A DNA stretch of 64,000 nt from positions 32,001 through 96,000 of IMG/VR virus record IMGVR_UViG_3300028380_000482; one strand, written 5' to 3'. The position numbers were made by a program, and so were the translations under genes. How positions within the stretch are numbered: the stretch's first letter is position 1; the number at the start of each line of letters is the position of its first letter. The notes beneath the pieces were generated by a model. It saw only the letters and a program-made list of their open reading frames with translations. It was not told the DNA's origin and made no database searches. The DNA comes from a virus (lineage: Duplodnaviria; Caudoviricetes). Positions 58,737 through 64,000 of the stretch are shown here, piece after piece.

Positions 58737-59108
58737 CTACGGACGGGCGTGCATAATCCAGGCAACACGGTTACCGATGGGATGGGCGGTCTGGACGGTG
58801 TACCGCGCCCCATTGGTGACAATCGTGTCGTCCGGTTTGGGTTGATAATTGCCGGGCACATCGGCCCCGAGGACAAAAAAGTTGTGATCGCTCGCCAGCA
58901 CATTCACGTTATCGATGCGGCTCTTCCGCACGCGGTACATGATGGCGCGGATCGCACCGTAGCGGATCGGCTCACTGAGCCCCGTCGCCGGGTCATACAC
59001 GCCACTCGCCGACGGAATAATATCGACGGAGACCACCGGCCCTTGTGGTCCGCTGAAGGTGCCGACATCGAAGCGCGCCAGAGAGTCCCACAATAGATTG
59101 TAGTTCAT
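58737..59108 (-). CDS. Head closure (stopper) protein
   Basis: GVYDPATG...PKPDDTI pattern; position. Confidence 0.7.
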   Translation of the reverse strand: MNYNLLWDSLARFDVGTFSGPQGPVVSVDIIPSASGVYDPATGLSEPIRYGAIRAIMYRVRKSRIDNVNVLASDHNFFVLGADVPGNYQPKPDDTIVTNGARYTVQTAHPIGNRVAWIMHARP

Positions 59109-59554
59109 CGGTTTGTGTCCTCTTGGCCTGTGACCTCGGTCGAATCAAATTGGCCTTGCGGGAGGAGGGCCGGGACCCGGTCAGGATCTTGGTTGCGGGT
59201 ATCAACATCGGCTTGGGAAATGCCGCCCGCGAATGGGGCAATAGCAAGACTGCTCACCGCCCACTCGCCGCCGCCTCGTTCAATGTAGAGCGTGGCGAGC
59301 TTGCTATAGTGATCGAACAACTGACCCGCACTCACACTAATGTCACCGCCGATACTGTGATCGACGACTTGGGCATACCTGGCAGCCAGGGATTGCGCGG
59401 CCAGTCCGGTCGAGAGGGTCACGCTTGCCCCTGACGCCAGGAGTGCGCCAATCTCCTCATCCGTGAGGAGCCACGTTTGCGGTCCCACATCCCCTAAGTT
59501 GAAGCGGACCTTGTCTTTGTCGGTTGCGAGGGTTGGATTGTAGCCGCAGGCCAT
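59105..59554 (-). CDS. Head-tail adaptor
   Basis: DKVRFNLGD...LLTDEEI; position after the capsid genes. Confidence 0.75.
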   Translation of the reverse strand: MACGYNPTLATDKDKVRFNLGDVGPQTWLLTDEEIGALLASGASVTLSTGLAAQSLAARYAQVVDHSIGGDISVSAGQLFDHYSKLATLYIERGGGEWAVSSLAIAPFAGGISQADVDTRNQDPDRVPALLPQGQFDSTEVTGQEDTNR

Positions 59555-59563
59555 GATCCGCTC

Positions 59564-59872
59564 CTAGCGCAAGACCAGATATTTCCAGGCGCCCGAAGCG
59601 AGATCGAGCAACCCGCCGGATTCATTCTGGACGCGAATCGAAATCACGTTGGCAGCTTTGACATAGCCAGTGACCACGACGCCCGCCAAATTATACGGCG
59701 CCGAGACGAGGACGAAGTCTCCAAAAGCCGCCCCCGTAGCGGGAATATCTGCTGAGGTTTCACCGACTCCATCGGCGAGACTGGATGGGTCATAGGTCGC
59801 GGTGCCTTTGGCGATCACCGCCAAGCTGCCGTTGCCGAGTTGGGCACGTCCGCGTGTATAGAGACTACTCAC
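59564..59872 (-). CDS. Putative minor head/decoration protein
   Basis: ATYDPSSLADG...GAAFGDFVLVS beta-rich domain; AAGGAGG RBS. Confidence 0.55.
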   Translation of the reverse strand: MSSLYTRGRAQLGNGSLAVIAKGTATYDPSSLADGVGETSADIPATGAAFGDFVLVSAPYNLAGVVVTGYVKAANVISIRVQNESGGLLDLASGAWKYLVLR

Positions 59873-59894
59873 GAGTCACCTCCTTCAGGTGATA

Positions 59895-60173
59895 TTATTT
59901 TCTCCGGTCCTGCTGACGGACCTCTTGCGGGTGCGCCGCCCGGACGGGCGTCTTGCCTTCCGTCCGTTTGACCTCCGTATCCGCTCGAATGGCGTCAGCC
60001 TCAGGCCGGTCGATCACCGGCAGCAAGTAGCCTTGCCGATGGAGGGCGGCGATATTGTTCACCGGATATTCACTTGCAGTGAGTATCGTGCCAATAGGCA
60101 ACAACGCTCCCTCAGCAGCGGGAATCGCTTTGGCGACGAGATAGAAGGTAAAGCCGGGCGCGCGCATAGACAT
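59895..60173 (-). CDS. Hypothetical protein following the major capsid gene
   Basis: GGAG RBS; operon position. Confidence 0.55.
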   Translation of the reverse strand: MSMRAPGFTFYLVAKAIPAAEGALLPIGTILTASEYPVNNIAALHRQGYLLPVIDRPEADAIRADTEVKRTEGKTPVRAAHPQEVRQQDRRK

Positions 60174-60184
60174 CTCCCTGAGGG

Positions 60185-61144
60185 CTAGGCAACAGCATTC
60201 TCAAAAAAGTAGCCGACATCCGGCGCGACGACTTTGTTGTCCCACGCCATTTCGATTTCCAGCCGGTCACTCTTGATTTCGGGAATGTAGAAGCGCGTCA
60301 CGCCGACATTGAGTCCTAATCCTTGCGAGACGCCTTGCCACATGAAGGTATAACCGCCGCTTGGGGTATCGAGCGCGGGCGTCGGTGAGGCATACACCAC
60401 CAGGGCGTGCTTGCCTTGGATGAAGTCATAGTTCGGGGACCCGCCTTCCACGTTCGTGGCTTTGACGGCACCGGAGACCAACACCCGATCAATGCCGAGG
60501 ATGTTCGCCATCATCTCTTCCGGCAGAATGCGCGTAGTCGTGGTGCTAATACGGTCGATAAACTGCGGATGATCTTGGAGGATATTCCACACGTCCCACC
60601 CGAGCACGAGGCGATTGGGTTTCATCCCGGAAATCACCATCACTTGCCGGATTGCCGCGCGAATATTGGCAATCGGATCACTGCTGGTGTAGTCCGACCA
60701 TTTGATAAAGTCGGTCGTGCCCGTCTTCGTCGTCCCCCACACACCTGCTTTGAAGTAGTCGTTGGCAAACTGCACTTCTTGTTTGATGAGGCCCATTTGG
60801 GTGAGCCAAGTCGTTGCATTGCGGTCCGGGTCATTGGGCGGCATCGACGCGGCACGGGTCTGATGGTCGATGTCCTTATGCAAAGCAAACACATCGACGG
60901 AATAGCCGTCCGTGGATTCCCGGTAGCCCGAGCCGGCAGACTCCGTCCCTGGCGGGCGAACCTGCATCTGGTCGCGCATGAAGTCATTTTTGTCGAAGAT
61001 AAAGTATTTGCCGGTGGGCCGATCCACCGGCACGACTGGAAAGACTTGGGTCGCAATGAACCCGGTCTGCATCTGCATGTAGGCCACGGAGATGTTGGTC
61101 TGGATTTCGTCGATATACACTTGCCCGATATGTGGTTGCGGCAT
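60185..61144 (-). CDS. Major capsid protein (HK97 fold, gpE-like)
   Basis: IDEIQTNISVAY...FIATQVFPVVPV...GMKPNRLVLG...GYFFENAV. Confidence 0.9.
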   Translation of the reverse strand: MPQPHIGQVYIDEIQTNISVAYMQMQTGFIATQVFPVVPVDRPTGKYFIFDKNDFMRDQMQVRPPGTESAGSGYRESTDGYSVDVFALHKDIDHQTRAASMPPNDPDRNATTWLTQMGLIKQEVQFANDYFKAGVWGTTKTGTTDFIKWSDYTSSDPIANIRAAIRQVMVISGMKPNRLVLGWDVWNILQDHPQFIDRISTTTTRILPEEMMANILGIDRVLVSGAVKATNVEGGSPNYDFIQGKHALVVYASPTPALDTPSGGYTFMWQGVSQGLGLNVGVTRFYIPEIKSDRLEIEMAWDNKVVAPDVGYFFENAVA

Positions 61145-61272
61145 GATGTAGGTTCCTCAAGAAGATGTCGCACCCACCGGCAGTGCATAGCCGAGAAGAA
61201 AATTCGCGGGCCGACGCGGGCTCGGTGCTCCCCGCGTATTCGGTAGCGAGCCTAGACCCGCGAAACTTTTTG

Positions 61273-61668
61273 TTACGTCGCCCGATGGACCGAGCCTGCT
61301 TCAATCGAGACCGTCGCAAACTCGTTGGCGTTCGACACCCCCTCGACCACGCGTCCACAGACATAGTGCGTCGTATCGGTGCCAGGGACTTTGACAGCGC
61401 CGCGCCCATCGGCAGCAGTGCCATAATGCGTCCCTTGCGCCATTGCGGCGCTCGCAATCAGTTTCGACATGCCATCAAAACAGACCGTCGCCCCTTGTCC
61501 CGCGAGCGGGGCATTCTGGAGGATGCCACACGGAGGGTCAGTGAGGGCGGCACACAGGATTACGGTGTTATTGGTCCCGCTCCACTTCACCAGCTTATAT
61601 TGATGGGCACTGAGGTCCGCTCCAGCGATGGTCCCGGCATAACACGTCATGACTGCTTCGTAGGCCAT
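61273..61668 (-). CDS. Capsid cement/decoration protein (DUF2190-like)
   Basis: AGADLSAHQYKLVK...GILQNAP..GQ; precedes the major capsid gene. Confidence 0.75.
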   Translation of the reverse strand: MAYEAVMTCYAGTIAGADLSAHQYKLVKWSGTNNTVILCAALTDPPCGILQNAPLAGQGATVCFDGMSKLIASAAMAQGTHYGTAADGRGAVKVPGTDTTHYVCGRVVEGVSNANEFATVSIEAGSVHRAT

Positions 61669-61697
61669 ACTCGTCTCCTTACGTATAACTAAGTGTT

Positions 61698-63101
61698 CTA
61701 GTGACCGAACGACCGATTCCGCAGTTCGGCGGTATAGCGTGCGGCCAGCTCCGGGTCCGCCTTCGTTACCATATCAATGGCAATTGGCTTTGAGGTCGCT
61801 TTCCCCTCTTTCACCAACTGTTCGGCCCGTGCCATCAACTGGCCGTAGGCGCTGGCATCGCCGGTCACCATCTCTGAGCCGCCGATTTCTTTGAACAGGT
61901 TGCTGGTCTTCAGTTGCTCGTTGGCCGCCTTGAACGCCGTCACAACGAGGGCGGCTTCCTCTTTGGTAAGCGTAAGCGGCGTCTCGCGTTTGCTATCCAG
62001 TTTCCACAGCAACACGCCTTTGACGGTCGGGGTTCCCTGAATATGGGACAGGTCGTTTTTGGCGAGGGTGACGAACTCCACTTGCTCACGCCGATCCTGT
62101 TCAGCTTTCGCCATTGCGACGGCCTCGCCTGCGGTCTTGGTGGCTTCCGCTGCTTCTTTGCGCGCACTCTCAGCGTCAGCCTGGGCTTTCTCCACATAGG
62201 CACGGGCTTCCGGCGAGAGACTCTTTAGTACGTCGTCCGCAGATTTTGCGGTTGCCTGATGCGGGGTCGGCGGCGCAGGGGGTGGGGTCGGTGCAGGCGG
62301 CGGCGTCGGATGAGGAGCGGGAGGAGTCGGATCTTGCGGATCGGCAGCCGTGAGTTTTTTTTCATCAGGGGGCATAGTGTCATCTCCTTTTGCTTGCACC
62401 GTTTTTGCTGGTGGCATGGGACGGGGCATAGTCTTATCGTCTTGGTAGTCCGGCTCTTGTTCCCGGATCATGGCCTTCAGCGTTTCGAGCATCCGTTTCA
62501 TTTCGGCCATACGGGACGTGCTAATTTTACGACCGGCCTTCGTCATCTCGTCAGACTTCCCGCTTTTGAAGTCCGCCACACACTGGTTGACGGCCTCGGT
62601 GAACTGCCCGATGGATTGCTGCACCATCGCCGGACGATTGGCGCTGCTATCATTCATGATCGAGGACATCGATTCTTGAAACGCGCCGTAAATATCCATG
62701 AGCTGGTAGCTCATGCGGCGCATGGCTTTTTCTTCCATCACGTCATCGAAGGTTTCAGCCTTGGGGCTCTCGCCATAATCTTTCTCAATATCAGTAGCTA
62801 TCTGTGTGGTGTCCTCAGCGGACCAGCCGAGTTTTTTGCCTACCGCAGCGAGCAGCAGGCGCGGCCATGAGGAAGACTCAGTGCGCTCAGGAGGTGATGA
62901 TGAGTCGGTCCCCCCAACAGAGGGGGTAAACTCGGCTGGTCCAGCGGAGCTTTTGGGGGGCGTCGCGTCGGATGCCCCCGCACGAGGAGAGTCCTCTGGC
63001 GAGGTCTCCTTCTTGAACAAGAAAATTTTCGCGCTTTTATTCGCGGGCGAAGACACAAAGCTACCTTCGTTGACTTCGAGGTCAGTGAGTTGATTAGGCA
63101 C
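61698..63101 (-). CDS. Capsid scaffolding-like protein
   Basis: Probable GTG start at 63101; LTDLEVNEGSFVSSPAN, KAGRKIS, Pro-rich linker, coiled coil, FKEIG. Confidence 0.75.
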   Translation of the reverse strand: MPNQLTDLEVNEGSFVSSPANKSAKIFLFKKETSPEDSPRAGASDATPPKSSAGPAEFTPSVGGTDSSSPPERTESSSWPRLLLAAVGKKLGWSAEDTTQIATDIEKDYGESPKAETFDDVMEEKAMRRMSYQLMDIYGAFQESMSSIMNDSSANRPAMVQQSIGQFTEAVNQCVADFKSGKSDEMTKAGRKISTSRMAEMKRMLETLKAMIREQEPDYQDDKTMPRPMPPAKTVQAKGDDTMPPDEKKLTAADPQDPTPPAPHPTPPPAPTPPPAPPTPHQATAKSADDVLKSLSPEARAYVEKAQADAESARKEAAEATKTAGEAVAMAKAEQDRREQVEFVTLAKNDLSHIQGTPTVKGVLLWKLDSKRETPLTLTKEEAALVVTAFKAANEQLKTSNLFKEIGGSEMVTGDASAYGQLMARAEQLVKEGKATSKPIAIDMVTKADPELAARYTAELRNRSFGH

Positions 63102-63504
63102 TTGTGGGTATCCTCCGCCCGGTTCCACCGATAGAGAACGCGGAATACTCGCCGCTCTTGATGCGGCTCCAGGTCTCATCGTCGTCGACTTTGTAGCCGA
63201 CCCACCACGCACACTCCGGCAGAATGCCAGGGGCGATCCCGAGGGCGGCGGCTTTCTCTTTGGTGAAGCACATGGACTCCACGAGTCTTCCGACGCCAAC
63301 CCGCTGATGCATGTCGCCTGCGTTTCTCGCAAACAAGTTATAGTTGTAGACCGCCTTCTCTAATTCTTCGGGTTCGATGTAGTCATCCTGGGCATCGACG
63401 ATGAGATGCCCGTGTTCATCTTTGGAGACGGAGAGGAAGCCGAACACGAGCCGTTGGTCGGTATCGACTTTTTTGACGGTCAGTGGAAGTTCCCAAGTTG
63501 CCAA
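63094..63504 (-). CDS. XkdF-like prohead serine protease
   Basis: QRLVFG...DAQDD...ELEKAVYNY...DMH...WWVGYKV...IKSGEYSAFSIGG. Confidence 0.88.
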   Translation of the reverse strand: MATWELPLTVKKVDTDQRLVFGFLSVSKDEHGHLIVDAQDDYIEPEELEKAVYNYNLFARNAGDMHQRVGVGRLVESMCFTKEKAAALGIAPGILPECAWWVGYKVDDDETWSRIKSGEYSAFSIGGTGRRIPTSA

Positions 63505-63527
63505 GCGAGGTCCCCCAAACGAATAAC

Positions 63528-63577
63528 AAAAAAGCCGCGCCCCAAAAGTAACGAGTGGTTACTCTGGAACGCGGCTC
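63528..63577 (-). terminator. Terminator-like hairpin in the leader of the head operon
   Basis: AGCCGCG...AGTAAC/GTTACT...CGCGGCT followed by a U-tract on the - strand. Confidence 0.65.
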
Positions 63578-63711
63578 ATAAACTTGCGCCGCGAATCTCA
63601 CACCCGCTGTGTGAGTGAGACGTGACTACAAACGATGTCTCTATGTCTGATTTACGCTACAGAACAGGACGCTGACTTTCAAGAGGCTTTCCCCTCCGAC
63701 TGCGAGTCGTG

Positions 63712-63993
63712 TCACTTGCGCGCGCGGTCTTCGAGTATCTGCGCCCGAATCCGTTCTTTCTCTGACAATGAATCTTTTCCAAGGAACGCCACACCAAAGG
63801 GAATCGGCTGGCCGTCTTTCGTTATTCCTTCGGCGATGGCGGAGGCGCTCTCACTAGGGACAGGCAAATCGACGATTCTGAGAATGGCTCTAGTCGGGAT
63901 AGTCATATCACCGCAGCCTTGCTGCTTCATGTGTTCCTGCGTCGGGAAGGTCAGATGTGGAACCACGACTTTGCATTGATCAGTGTCGTGCAA
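63712..63993 (-). CDS. Hypothetical protein (may extend beyond the window)
   Basis: ORF on the late-gene strand. Confidence 0.45.
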   Translation of the reverse strand: MHDTDQCKVVVPHLTFPTQEHMKQQGCGDMTIPTRAILRIVDLPVPSESASAIAEGITKDGQPIPFGVAFLGKDSLSEKERIRAQILEDRARK

Positions 63994-64000
63994 GAGCCAG

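Noticed and set aside
62909-62927. Further copies of the palindromic motif in the virion arm (also near 57852-57868)
   Set aside because: Two or more mismatches inside GC-rich coding sequence, compatible with chance.

Overview
This window has two convergent arms that meet at a structured intergenic region (~21040-21443). The + arm (1-21040) opens with a permuted IncP-like conjugation cluster (trbI, traF, trbB, trbC, trbD, a lipoprotein, an RHH protein and a TraD/TrwB coupling protein) interleaved with small phage-type genes. It continues with an HTH regulator, SNF2-like helicase, HNH nuclease, DNA methyltransferase, a 21-bp tandem array, secreted fibre-like proteins and many hypotheticals. 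The - arm (21443-64000) is an apparently intact siphophage late operon: XkdF-like protease, scaffold, major capsid, neck, tail tube, frameshifted tail chaperones, 2005-aa tape measure, tail tip, about 19 kb of fibre/lectin genes with two antisense homing endonucleases, and a GH19 lysis cassette. Three observations stand out. (1) Conjugation and virion genes sit on one apparently continuous element. (2) Several giant fibre/beta-helix genes inside the tail operon carry Sec signal peptides and paired cysteines. (3) A palindromic CACCCC-N5-AGGGTG site occurs both as a tandem array and as dispersed copies across the transfer region. No terminase, portal, integrase, Rep, relaxase, VirB4, ParA/B, tRNA, rRNA or CRISPR array was recognised in the window. 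All protein calls come from motif recognition by eye, not database searches.
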